Below are positions 36,625 to 45,629 of a stretch of 54,448 nt of DNA, one piece after another; within the stretch, counting starts at the first letter, position 1, and every line of letters begins with the position of its first letter. The position numbers and the translations under genes are program-made. The notes below the pieces were generated by a model. The model ran no database searches, had not been told where the DNA came from, and worked only from the letters and a program-made list of their open reading frames with translations. The DNA comes from a virus. Its lineage: Duplodnaviria; Caudoviricetes. The DNA lies in IMG/VR virus record IMGVR_UViG_3300017971_000337, positions 1-54,448 of that record; one strand, 5' to 3'.

Positions 36625-36804
36625 ATGGAGAATAAGAAACTATTAGTTACGGCTATTAACAGGCAAAACTGGACAGCTGTCGCGATACTTAACAGACAGC
36701 CGTCCTGGGACGAGAGGCAAGAACTTACGAAGTTAGTCTTTGAGCTGTTCTGCTTAAAATACGGACAGGAGCCTGACAGTTACAAATATTATGTAGAAGC
36801 TTAA
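36625..36804 (+). CDS. Hypothetical protein, 59 aa (MENKKLLVTAINRQ...), not in the ORF track
   Basis: Manual translation; AAGGAGG RBS. Confidence 0.65.
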   Translation: MENKKLLVTAINRQNWTAVAILNRQPSWDERQELTKLVFELFCLKYGQEPDSYKYYVEA

Positions 36805-36811
36805 TAGCCCG

Positions 36812-36844
36812 ATATACCCTGTATACTGTATACAGGGTATATTT
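36812..36844 (+). terminator. Hairpin related to the 34389 terminator
   Basis: ATATACCCTGTATAC-T-GTATACAGGGTATAT. Confidence 0.55.
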
Positions 36845-36877
36845 AGAGGCACGATTTCAAAAAGGAGAAAATGAACA

Positions 36878-37153
36878 ATGAAAAAAGAACAACGAAAACA
36901 GCCTCGTGACATGGACGGGGATTATATTTACGGACTAGACCCGGACGATGTACAACCTGACCCGATGGCTGGACTATACAATTATGTAAACCGGAGGGGA
37001 GTGAGACACCTTGTAGAAATAGGACAACCGAGAGCCCTCTGCGGGAGTTTTATAGGCAAGAACAACCACGAGGCTATTATAAAGCCAACCGAGTGGGAAT
37101 ACTGTGAAGCCTGTACGATTAAGATGGAGGTGAGGGCGGATGGAAACTGTTAG
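36878..37153 (+). CDS. Hypothetical protein, possible Zn-binding (H...LCG...C..C)
   Basis: AAGGAG RBS; Cys/His pattern. Confidence 0.65.
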   Translation: MKKEQRKQPRDMDGDYIYGLDPDDVQPDPMAGLYNYVNRRGVRHLVEIGQPRALCGSFIGKNNHEAIIKPTEWEYCEACTIKMEVRADGNC

Positions 37154-37610
37154 AATAGAAACCTTGGAGTTCGCCGGTAACGAATACCCGAAATACCACT
37201 ACAAGACAAAGGAGTTTGGACAGGCGACCTATATACTCGGTCGCTGTGCAGACGAAGGTATCCGGGCGGATTTCTTTAATGAAGGAGTAGGATTGTACGC
37301 GAAAACAAAAATAGATTATTTTACTGACATCGTTGTGGAAAGCCTGAAGTACATAGACAAGAAGGCTGAAGAGCCCAAAGGGAATTCGGTTAAGTACAAG
37401 ATGGACAAGGCAATAGCCGGTTACATGCAGTTAGAATATATCCGGCGGAATGTTGGACACCAATGGGTGATGTACACGACGGAAAGTAAGATAGAACAAA
37501 TAATTTTGAATATATTTTTAAAGAAAATATATAGACCTTTTCGTTACAGGGTATTCCGTACTCTTAAGGAGATGGTCGAACATCTTGAAGAAAAAGGAGT
37601 AGTGATATGA
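37140..37610 (+). CDS. Hypothetical protein
   Basis: GGAGG RBS; overlaps its neighbours in an operon. Confidence 0.7.
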   Translation: METVRIETLEFAGNEYPKYHYKTKEFGQATYILGRCADEGIRADFFNEGVGLYAKTKIDYFTDIVVESLKYIDKKAEEPKGNSVKYKMDKAIAGYMQLEYIRRNVGHQWVMYTTESKIEQIILNIFLKKIYRPFRYRVFRTLKEMVEHLEEKGVVI

Positions 37611-37864
37611 CAGAACAATTACAGCCGGAGTATGAGGCGGAAGACAATTCCTTATGCCCGTTTATAAAGACGACTTTAATCGTCTACGGTCCATTACAGG
37701 AATCTAGTCCGCTTCAAACACAAAAAATTCCAATCGTTCCAGTCGCACACGAACAGCATTTATTGACTTGTAAAGAAGTGAAGTGCAAATCGTGGAACAG
37801 GTTAACGAAGGAATGTAAATTAATCGAAGGGAGGAAAATAACTGAAGTCACTCCAGTTATGTAA
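37607..37864 (+). CDS. Hypothetical Cys-containing protein
   Basis: CPF...C....C..W......C pattern; ATGA overlap. Confidence 0.65.
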   Translation: MTEQLQPEYEAEDNSLCPFIKTTLIVYGPLQESSPLQTQKIPIVPVAHEQHLLTCKEVKCKSWNRLTKECKLIEGRKITEVTPVM

Positions 37865-37873
37865 AAAGGAACC

Positions 37874-38212
37874 ATGGGAACAGAAGCGATTGATGAGTAC
37901 ATAAACAACAAAGGAAGAATAACAGCAAACGACTTAATGGATTTTTTTGGATGTGAAAGATTAATCAATAAGAAATGGGCGAAGGTATTCAAAGAAAAAG
38001 GAGTACCGAGCCAGGGAAAGAAAAGAGAAATAAGGTTTGACGGAATAAAAGAAATGAACGAACTACTGAGCAAAGGAATTACGATTAAGCAAATAGCAGA
38101 GACTATAATTCTTTTGGAGGTAGAAAATTTTGAAAATATTGGAAGAAGAAACCATATCCGTAAACGGAAAGGAATGGTGGTTCGTTCATCAATTCGCAAA
38201 AATAACAGGTAG
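37874..38212 (+). CDS. Hypothetical protein
   Basis: AAGGA RBS; operon position. Confidence 0.55.
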   Translation: MGTEAIDEYINNKGRITANDLMDFFGCERLINKKWAKVFKEKGVPSQGKKREIRFDGIKEMNELLSKGITIKQIAETIILLEVENFENIGRRNHIRKRKGMVVRSSIRKNNR

Positions 38213-38438
38213 AAAGGAGCAAGCGATAAGGGTTTTGATATCCAAAGGAAACTTGATAAGGAAACTGAAAACCTTAGACTTTGGAGGAAAGCCCTTAATC
38301 GCTGCGGAAGAATTGTTTGAATTCCCGTTCGTTATGTCGGGTAGACAACCGGACGGGATGATTTGTTACGAGCAGTATGTTTTGGAAAACGGACAATTAA
38401 AAATCAGGGAGAAATGTGTGAATAGACAATGTCAATAA
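38130..38438 (+). CDS. Possible HTH DNA-binding protein (excisionase/MerR-like)
   Basis: V.QFAK.TGR....IR.LI..G pattern; GGAGG RBS before a TTG start. Confidence 0.55.
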   Translation: MKILEEETISVNGKEWWFVHQFAKITGRKEQAIRVLISKGNLIRKLKTLDFGGKPLIAAEELFEFPFVMSGRQPDGMICYEQYVLENGQLKIREKCVNRQCQ

Positions 38439-40036
38439 ACCAACTGCAGGTACAAGAATTCATGAGTTTCTTTACCGGCTCCCAGCATAACTTCGGCGAA
38501 TACATTTATGGTTCAAAGAAGGGAAAAGGGAATAAGTTGGAAGGACAAGCACGGTCCGTCACAAATAAGTTAATAACCATAGAGGAATACAAGAATCATT
38601 TGGAAGGCAAGAAAGGACTCGGTATCATACCGATAATGGAAAACAGCAAATGCAAATTCGCGGTGATAGATGTAGATATATATGACAGGGATTTAACAAT
38701 GTATCTAGATGCTATACAGCGAGGCGATTTTCCACTCGTACCCTTCCGTAGTAAGAGCGGTGGTTTACATATCTATATGTTCCTTGACAAGGAAGTATCG
38801 GCAAAAAAGGTCGTTGAAATTATGCGACGGTTTTCTTTTTTATTATCCATAGAAGCACTGGTACGGGATGAAAAAAATTCATCGGTAGAAGTGTTCCCTA
38901 AGCAAACGAAACTTAAGAAAGGCGATGTTGGGAACTGGATTAATCTACCTTATTATAACAGTGGGGAGTCGACACAGAAAGCGTTGAAGGACGGAAAAGA
39001 ATTATCGCTCAATGAAGCCCTTCTCTATATTAAAGAGAAACAAACATCCTTAACAGAAGCACAAGAGTTTTTAAAGGACATTGCTTATAGTGATGCACCA
39101 CCCTGTCTACAAACACTATATTTCTTGAATCCGTTTGACAAGGGAGCAGGAAGAAATAATTTCCTCTTTTCTTTTGGGGTATACCTTAAGAAAAAGGACG
39201 AGGACTTTTTCGAACAAAATCTACAGGAGGTCAACCAGAGCATAAGATATTCTTTGAAAGAGGGCGAGGTCGAGAAAACAATTTTGTCTTCGCTCAGAAA
39301 GAAGGATTATATTTACAGGTGCAAGGAATCACCTTGCGTAGATTTTTGTCACAAGAAAGAGTGCAAGAAGAGGGAGTACGGTATTGGTAAGAACGAAGGA
39401 TATTTTTCTTCTGTAGAAGTTGGACAGCTGTACCAGTACAAAACTCAACAACCATACTATGAATGGGAGGTTAGACTACAAGGACAAGACGACTTTAAGA
39501 TGTTACGGTTTAAGACAGAAGATGAGATAATAAAACAGGATGCTTTTTTACGGTTATGTATGCGGGAGCTCCATGAGATACCTTCCAAGCTCAAACAGAT
39601 GGAATGGTTCAACAAAGTTAATCAGGCTCTGAAGGAAATTAAAACAATAGATGTCAGTGCCGAGGACGATACATCACCGCTCATGCTGTTAAAGAATTTT
39701 GTCTTGGAATTTTTAACCCAGAGGGCGATGGCAGAAACTAAAGACCAGATACTAGCGAAGCGAGTGTTCTATGATGAAGTTTCAGGCGTCTACCTGTTCA
39801 GGGTGAAGGACTTAACCGAATATCTTTATGTACAGAAACAGTTCAAGTATTTCTCTCCGGGCGAATTACACGGAATTCTTCGGGAATTTCACTGTATTTA
39901 CAAGAAAATAAATACTGAATCGCGGAGACAGATTCGCGTCGCAGGTTTCCACAGAAAGGATTTGAATTTTGAGGATACAACCGGAGTAGGAAAATTTGAG
40001 CCAGACTTTTCAGAATATTCAAAGGAGGATTTCTAG
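38429..40036 (+). CDS. Archaeo-eukaryotic primase (AEP/prim-pol) with a PriCT-like domain
   Basis: HL.G..G.G, IDVD, RSKSGG.H.Y, EVFPKQ, GNWINLPY, PPCL and GRNN motifs; Cys cluster. Confidence 0.88.
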   Translation: MSINQLQVQEFMSFFTGSQHNFGEYIYGSKKGKGNKLEGQARSVTNKLITIEEYKNHLEGKKGLGIIPIMENSKCKFAVIDVDIYDRDLTMYLDAIQRGDFPLVPFRSKSGGLHIYMFLDKEVSAKKVVEIMRRFSFLLSIEALVRDEKNSSVEVFPKQTKLKKGDVGNWINLPYYNSGESTQKALKDGKELSLNEALLYIKEKQTSLTEAQEFLKDIAYSDAPPCLQTLYFLNPFDKGAGRNNFLFSFGVYLKKKDEDFFEQNLQEVNQSIRYSLKEGEVEKTILSSLRKKDYIYRCKESPCVDFCHKKECKKREYGIGKNEGYFSSVEVGQLYQYKTQQPYYEWEVRLQGQDDFKMLRFKTEDEIIKQDAFLRLCMRELHEIPSKLKQMEWFNKVNQALKEIKTIDVSAEDDTSPLMLLKNFVLEFLTQRAMAETKDQILAKRVFYDEVSGVYLFRVKDLTEYLYVQKQFKYFSPGELHGILREFHCIYKKINTESRRQIRVAGFHRKDLNFEDTTGVGKFEPDFSEYSKEDF

Positions 40037-40171
40037 ATGGATTATACAGGGTTTATATGGCTCGGTGTTATCGTTGCGATCATAGTCTTTCTTTGTATTC
40101 AAAGAAGGAGATATCACAAGCGATATCTAAAAACAAGGGACGTAAAGAATGCCAAGTATCTTGGATTCTAA
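40037..40171 (+). CDS. Small single-TM protein, 44 aa (MDYTGFIWLGVIVAIIVFLCIQRRR...), not in the ORF track
   Basis: Manual translation; AAGGAGG RBS; hydrophobic helix followed by a basic tail. Confidence 0.6.
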   Translation: MDYTGFIWLGVIVAIIVFLCIQRRRYHKRYLKTRDVKNAKYLGF

Positions 40172-40192
40172 TAATAAATTAAGGAGAACACT

Positions 40193-40603
40193 ATGAACAA
40201 AGAACTAGAAGCAATGGGATTAACAGCAAAAGATCTAGCCGATTTCTTAATCGGATGTGAAAGGGAAATGTCAGTAAGGATTCCACAGAAAATGACAGCG
40301 GATGAAGCGATGGAAAACCCTGAACTGATTTCAGTTGTGCTTGCAGAAGTAGTCTATGAAAGGGTTATGACAAATGAGAAAACATTCAAACTTGTTTGTC
40401 TGCTCGCTACTTATCGCATGATTGATATTATTTCAAAGGGCATAATCCGTTCTATGAAGCAAGCTCCATTCGTTTGTACCGTAAAGGATGTTCCGGAAGA
40501 ACTTAAAAAAGATCTACTCAAGGCACTGGATGAAAGCGACATGCCAATGGAAGTTAAGCAAGACCTTATCAACCAGTTGGAGCCTGTTAATGAACAATCT
40601 TAA
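40193..40603 (+). CDS. Hypothetical protein
   Basis: AAGGAG RBS; 136 aa. Confidence 0.7.
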   Translation: MNKELEAMGLTAKDLADFLIGCEREMSVRIPQKMTADEAMENPELISVVLAEVVYERVMTNEKTFKLVCLLATYRMIDIISKGIIRSMKQAPFVCTVKDVPEELKKDLLKALDESDMPMEVKQDLINQLEPVNEQS

Positions 40604-41990
40604 AATGATATTCGGCGCTCCAGGTTGCGGGAAAACAACCTATCTAATAACACTACTGGAAAGCCTCTTGCAAGAGTATGAACCGAATGAAATTGCGTTC
40701 GTTTCGTTTACTCGTAAAGGTAGTTATGAAGGTAGAGACAGGGCGATAGAACAGTTTGGATTTAAAGAAGAAGACTTTCCTTACTTCAGAACAATCCATT
40801 CTATTGCCTTCCGCGAACTTGGTGTCAGTAAGTACGAAATGATTTCTAAGAGACACTACAGAGATTTTTCCAAGGCGATGGGAATGAATTTTCTTGGATA
40901 CTATACAGAGGACTTGATAAATAACGACGATAAATATCTCTTTTTTTGCTCGTTATACCGAAATAATCCTCACATGGCGGACAGGCTCGCATTGGAAATA
41001 AACTGGGAAACATTTCGTATGGTTAACAGGAACTATCAAAGATACAAAAAGGAGTTAGGAATTTTGGACTTTGATGATTTACTGGTGGAGTTTGTACAGT
41101 CGCGTCAATCGTTACCAGTTAAGGTCGCTATTATAGATGAAGCCCAGGATTTAACTTCTTTGCAATGGCAGTTTTGTGAGTTGGCATTCAAAGGATGTGA
41201 AAAGGTTTACGTCGCAGGTGATGACGACCAGGCTATCTACGAATGGAGTGGAGCCGATATAAAAAGGTTTCTAAGCATGACAGATAGTAGTTATGTTCAT
41301 ATCTTGGACAAGTCTTGGAGACTAAGAAGTAACATCCTTCAGTTTTCTAAGAAAGTTGCAAAGAAGATTAGCCATAGGGTACAGAAAGACTTCTGGCCAA
41401 GGGATGAAGGCGGAACGATACAATTTTATAATCGTTTGGAGGATGTCACTTTCAATAGTGAAGAATCCTACTACCTGTTATCCCGGAACAACTATTTCCT
41501 AAGAGGGTACACGGAACACCTTATGAAGAAGGGACTCGTGTTCCATCACAAGAATAAGTTGTCGGTGGACAAGGACAAGTACGAGGCTGTCAAACGGTTT
41601 GAATACTTAAGGAAAACAAATGTTGGAGCTATAAAGAGCGATAAATCTTTGAAGCCGTATCTACGAAAAGATAGGTCATACAATGCACCGTGGTATGAGG
41701 TGTTTGACATGGACATTAAGGAAAGCAATTATTTCCGAGACCTGTTCAGAGATAAGACCGATGTTAATCAGAGTAAGATAATGGTCAACACTATCCACGG
41801 AGTAAAGGGTGGCGAAGCCGATAATGTAGTTCTAAAGCTGGACATCACAAGGAATGTTTCCAAGGCTGTAGAACAAAACATGGACGCCGAGCTGAGATGT
41901 TTATATGTCGCGCTGACTCGGGCGAAACGACATCTACACATTGTTCACAGTAATTCTAAATTTAGTTGCAGAGGCCTCCTAGACGAGTAA
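40590..41990 (+). CDS. UvrD/Rep-like SF1 helicase
   Basis: GAPGCGKTT, TIHS, IDEAQD, GDDDQAIY, TIHGVKGGEA and YVALTRAK motifs; likely start 40590. Confidence 0.93.
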   Translation: MNNLKMIFGAPGCGKTTYLITLLESLLQEYEPNEIAFVSFTRKGSYEGRDRAIEQFGFKEEDFPYFRTIHSIAFRELGVSKYEMISKRHYRDFSKAMGMNFLGYYTEDLINNDDKYLFFCSLYRNNPHMADRLALEINWETFRMVNRNYQRYKKELGILDFDDLLVEFVQSRQSLPVKVAIIDEAQDLTSLQWQFCELAFKGCEKVYVAGDDDQAIYEWSGADIKRFLSMTDSSYVHILDKSWRLRSNILQFSKKVAKKISHRVQKDFWPRDEGGTIQFYNRLEDVTFNSEESYYLLSRNNYFLRGYTEHLMKKGLVFHHKNKLSVDKDKYEAVKRFEYLRKTNVGAIKSDKSLKPYLRKDRSYNAPWYEVFDMDIKESNYFRDLFRDKTDVNQSKIMVNTIHGVKGGEADNVVLKLDITRNVSKAVEQNMDAELRCLYVALTRAKRHLHIVHSNSKFSCRGLLDE

Positions 41991-42029
41991 AACCGAGGTT
42001 TTATATGCATCTAGAAAAAGGAGAAATTC

Positions 42030-42947
42030 ATGGACGCATACAGTTTATTGAAAGACGAAAACTATATGATAGGTATTCCCACCAGGGCACGAACACATCT
42101 TATAGACAAGAAAGTTGGTGTATGGAAATACTTTTTAAGAGAACCTTTCAACAAGAAAGAATTCCCAGTCGTTGCATTCGTAAGGGAATCGGAAAGGGAA
42201 ATGTACAGGGAAGCATTGAAGGGAACTTATGTAGAAATAGTCGTTGTAAGTGATGAAATAAATATAGCGACTAAAAGGAACTTGATTTACAAGCACGCTA
42301 GAACTTGTGGAAAGGAACACGTCTTTATAGTTAATGATGACGTTGATTTTTATTTTCGCAAGGAAGAACTGAGTTCTAAGTACACAAACAAGTACGATGA
42401 ACTGATGGAAAAGAAAGTCGTGGAAAAGATATTCTTGGAATGCATCTACCTGTGCAATAGTAAATTCCCAATCAGTGGATTGCCGTTGAAACAAGGTAGT
42501 CAGGACGCGAAGTATTGGTTCGAAAAGAACAGGCAGATTATACATCTACAATGCTATCATGTTCCGACATTGGAAAAGGAAGAAATAGAACATGACGGAA
42601 TGGGTGTATGTGGTATGTCAGACAGATGGGTTCAACTTTCTTTACATGAAAGAGGGTATAGAACAGTATCTAACTTTCGTTACGCAGTGGGCGACATGGG
42701 AACAGGTAGACCGGGAGGCTGTACAGAGTTTAGGACGCCTGAACTTGTCACAGAAGCAGCTCGTGCGGTTAAGGAAAGATTCCCAGAAGTTACTCAACTT
42801 AAAAGAAAGGCGAATGGTGTTTGGGACACTCCCAGGATTGATTGCACTATAAGGTTAAAGAAGTATCTGGAGGAAGGGGAACAGCCGTTTATTCCTTCCG
42901 TACCTTTATTAGACAAGTGGAAAAGGGAGAAGAGCTACAATGGATAA
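42030..42947 (+). CDS. DNA-base glycosyltransferase-like protein (TAGT/GREB1-like GT-A fold)
   Basis: IPT.AR, NDD.DF, D.WVQL.L..RGY and GGC..FRT motifs; context of DNA modification genes. Confidence 0.7.
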   Translation: MDAYSLLKDENYMIGIPTRARTHLIDKKVGVWKYFLREPFNKKEFPVVAFVRESEREMYREALKGTYVEIVVVSDEINIATKRNLIYKHARTCGKEHVFIVNDDVDFYFRKEELSSKYTNKYDELMEKKVVEKIFLECIYLCNSKFPISGLPLKQGSQDAKYWFEKNRQIIHLQCYHVPTLEKEEIEHDGMGVCGMSDRWVQLSLHERGYRTVSNFRYAVGDMGTGRPGGCTEFRTPELVTEAARAVKERFPEVTQLKRKANGVWDTPRIDCTIRLKKYLEEGEQPFIPSVPLLDKWKREKSYNG

Positions 42948-44226
42948 GGAAGTGATATTTATAAATATGCCGAAACCGTTTTTGAAACAGCCCGATGCTC
43001 AGGCTCCGTTAGGTATCCTTTATTTAGCCTCTATTATGGAAAATATTGGGGTTTCAGTACAGGTTAAAAACTACGCTGGATATACAGACGCTGACGCCCT
43101 CACAGATTTACCAAGGGCTAATATGTACGGGATAACGGTTGTCAGTATGGAGATCCCTCGTGCGAACATGTTCGCCCGTCTGATTAAGATAAAGTATCCA
43201 GACGCGAAGGTAATCCTCGGTGGTCCTGGAATATTTTCTTTGGAAGCTTTAGACTGGATTGAAGGCAGTATAGATGGAGTTTGCGCAGGCGAAGGGGAAC
43301 GGATAGTTGGTAAAATATACAAGGATTGTTTGAAAGGGGAAGTGGAGCGGTTCTACCGAGGTGAAAAGGTCGGTAACTTAGACACGATACCTTTCCCAGC
43401 AAGACACTTGATGGAAGGGAAACAGGGTGGAAACATCTTTGCGAATAACAAACAATACATGGACGGGGAGAGCGCTGTCATTACTTCATCTCGTGGTTGC
43501 AATCACAGGTGTTCATTCTGTTCTGCCCCATCGCTTAATCCAAAGATTCGTTTCCGTAGCGAGGACAATGTTGTATCGGAAATAGCACATGTCATGGCTG
43601 AGTACGGCATTAAACAGTTCAGGTTCTCAGATGATTCCTTTACAGCTAGCAAGCGTAGAGTGTTATCGTTATGTGAAAAGCTCGGGCCACTGAATATCGC
43701 GTGGAGAATTTCCTGTAGAGTTAAACCATTGGACGAGGACATGTTAAGAGCGATGAAGGACGCTGGATGTAAGGAGCTGTCATTTGGGATAGAGTCGTTT
43801 GACGATGATGTCCTTAACGGTTTAAACAAGGGTACGACCGGTTTTGAAAACGCTGAGGCTCTGCATCTTGCAGACAAGGTTGGGTTCGATGTCCGTGTTC
43901 TGTTTATGATACGAACACCTTTCCAGACAAGGAATACAGTAGAAAAGAATCAATGGTGGATTAGACGAGTGCCCTTTACTGTCATAGCCTGTACGAGCTA
44001 TGTTCCTATTCCTGGAAGCGATGTATGGAATAACCCAGACAAGTATGGCGTGGAAATACTGAGCCGTGACTTGAACGATTACAACTTTTATATGTTCGGT
44101 CCGGAAGGGAAACACGATTTGAAACCGTTGATAAAACTTGTAGATAGACCTCTAGACGAGTTCATGGCCGAATCTGAGGACTTTAGAAATTGGCTAATAA
44201 ATATTCAAAATGTAAACAGGGGATAA
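42940..44226 (+). CDS. Cobalamin-binding radical SAM enzyme (class B methyltransferase-like)
   Basis: PLGILYLAS, GGP, GEGE, SRGCNHRCSFC, F.DDSF and GIES motifs. Confidence 0.92.
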   Translation: MDKEVIFINMPKPFLKQPDAQAPLGILYLASIMENIGVSVQVKNYAGYTDADALTDLPRANMYGITVVSMEIPRANMFARLIKIKYPDAKVILGGPGIFSLEALDWIEGSIDGVCAGEGERIVGKIYKDCLKGEVERFYRGEKVGNLDTIPFPARHLMEGKQGGNIFANNKQYMDGESAVITSSRGCNHRCSFCSAPSLNPKIRFRSEDNVVSEIAHVMAEYGIKQFRFSDDSFTASKRRVLSLCEKLGPLNIAWRISCRVKPLDEDMLRAMKDAGCKELSFGIESFDDDVLNGLNKGTTGFENAEALHLADKVGFDVRVLFMIRTPFQTRNTVEKNQWWIRRVPFTVIACTSYVPIPGSDVWNNPDKYGVEILSRDLNDYNFYMFGPEGKHDLKPLIKLVDRPLDEFMAESEDFRNWLINIQNVNRG

Positions 44227-44229
44227 CAG

Positions 44230-45081
44230 ATGGAACCAAGAGAGAAAATGCTTCACGCTTTTTTAGAGTCCGCTCTGGAAAGGCACAGGACATACAAAAA
44301 TAAAGAGGCGGGAAAGCCTCTCCCATGGAGTTCATGGGAAATTTACCAAAACTATTTTTTCTGCAATGTCTTTAGACAGTACGATAAATGTTCTAAATGG
44401 ATAATTGAAAAGATAGTTCCATTCAAACGATGGGATTTGCTTATCCTTTACAGGTTTATTTCTACCTGGAATACCTTTATGGAAATAGAAGAGACCTGTA
44501 AACTGGACGATATACAGGGGATTCATGATTTACTGGAAGAGAAGTATCACACAAAGGAAAAGATATTTTCTTCTTGCTTCATTCGCAATCCCCGTATCCC
44601 AGGCGGATGGACACAGACTTGGAGAGTACCCTTCGTTCTAATTGAAGAACTGAAAAGGGACAAGTTTGACCCGAGTGACTTTTCAACATTGAAAGAGCTA
44701 ACAGAGTACCTTAAAATGTACCCTGGCGTAGGAGGGTTTATGGGTTATGAATATGCTTGCGACCTGGAGTACACTGACATGTTCAATCCAATGGATAAGC
44801 ACACTTGGGCTAACAGAGGTCCAGGTGCCAATCGTGGAATGAGCTTAGTCTTTCTTGGACACTCTCGTAAAAAGTTTCCAAAGAAAGCATGGATAGAAGG
44901 GCTAGAAAGGCTGTTCTTTGAAATGCAACAAGCATTTGGAGAAGAATTCCCTGAAGAAGAAATAACTATGAGGGAAGTTGAACACTGGCTTTGTGAGTTT
45001 CAAAAGTTCGTTAAGTACATGAACCTTATGAATACAGGGACAAAGTGCAAGCATAGAAAATATTATGGGAGGGGAGAATGA
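44230..45081 (+). CDS. 5-hmdU DNA kinase-like protein (aGPT-Pplase1/HMUDK helical family)
   Basis: ER......K..G...PWS, FCNVFR..D, G.GGF..YE...DL.Y, GPGA.RG and EVEHWLCEF.K motifs. Confidence 0.8.
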   Translation: MEPREKMLHAFLESALERHRTYKNKEAGKPLPWSSWEIYQNYFFCNVFRQYDKCSKWIIEKIVPFKRWDLLILYRFISTWNTFMEIEETCKLDDIQGIHDLLEEKYHTKEKIFSSCFIRNPRIPGGWTQTWRVPFVLIEELKRDKFDPSDFSTLKELTEYLKMYPGVGGFMGYEYACDLEYTDMFNPMDKHTWANRGPGANRGMSLVFLGHSRKKFPKKAWIEGLERLFFEMQQAFGEEFPEEEITMREVEHWLCEFQKFVKYMNLMNTGTKCKHRKYYGRGE

Positions 45082-45629
45082 AATTTGAGGATTACCTTGT
45101 AAAGTACAATACTCTTAAGAGCATTAAGAGATTCAACATGGAAACAGTCTCAGACCCACAGGATTTGTGTGGTCATGGATATAGTGTAGGAACCCTGTTC
45201 TATCTTCTATGTAAAGAATACAATGTTGAAATTTCTGCTTCGGTTCTATTTTTGGTAATGAACCATGATTTCGCCGAAACTTATACAGGTGATTTAAACA
45301 AACAAATCAAAGACAAGAACAAGCATACGAAAACTGCCTGGGAAATAATTGAAAACAGTTCCCTTCCTGGGCATCTCTTAGGGTATACAGACACTCAGAT
45401 AAGACAATCATTGAACGATTGTCAGTTCTTGATGTTCCAACTTGCGGATGCCTTGGACGCTTTCCTTTATTGTCACAGGGAAGTAGCAAAAGGCAATTCG
45501 TTGTTGATAAATGCAAAGAACTACTATCATCAAAAAGTAGGAAAGCTGTTTTGTGAAGTGGGCAATCCAGCTGAGCAAGTAGAATTGCTAACAAAATTCA
45601 TAAAAGGAGAACTAAAATGTACCTGGTAG
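45078..45629 (+). CDS. HD-domain deoxynucleotide phosphohydrolase (YfbR-like)
   Basis: L..I.RF, H...V, HD.AE.YTGD and AD.LD motifs. Confidence 0.85.
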   Translation: MKFEDYLVKYNTLKSIKRFNMETVSDPQDLCGHGYSVGTLFYLLCKEYNVEISASVLFLVMNHDFAETYTGDLNKQIKDKNKHTKTAWEIIENSSLPGHLLGYTDTQIRQSLNDCQFLMFQLADALDAFLYCHREVAKGNSLLINAKNYYHQKVGKLFCEVGNPAEQVELLTKFIKGELKCTW

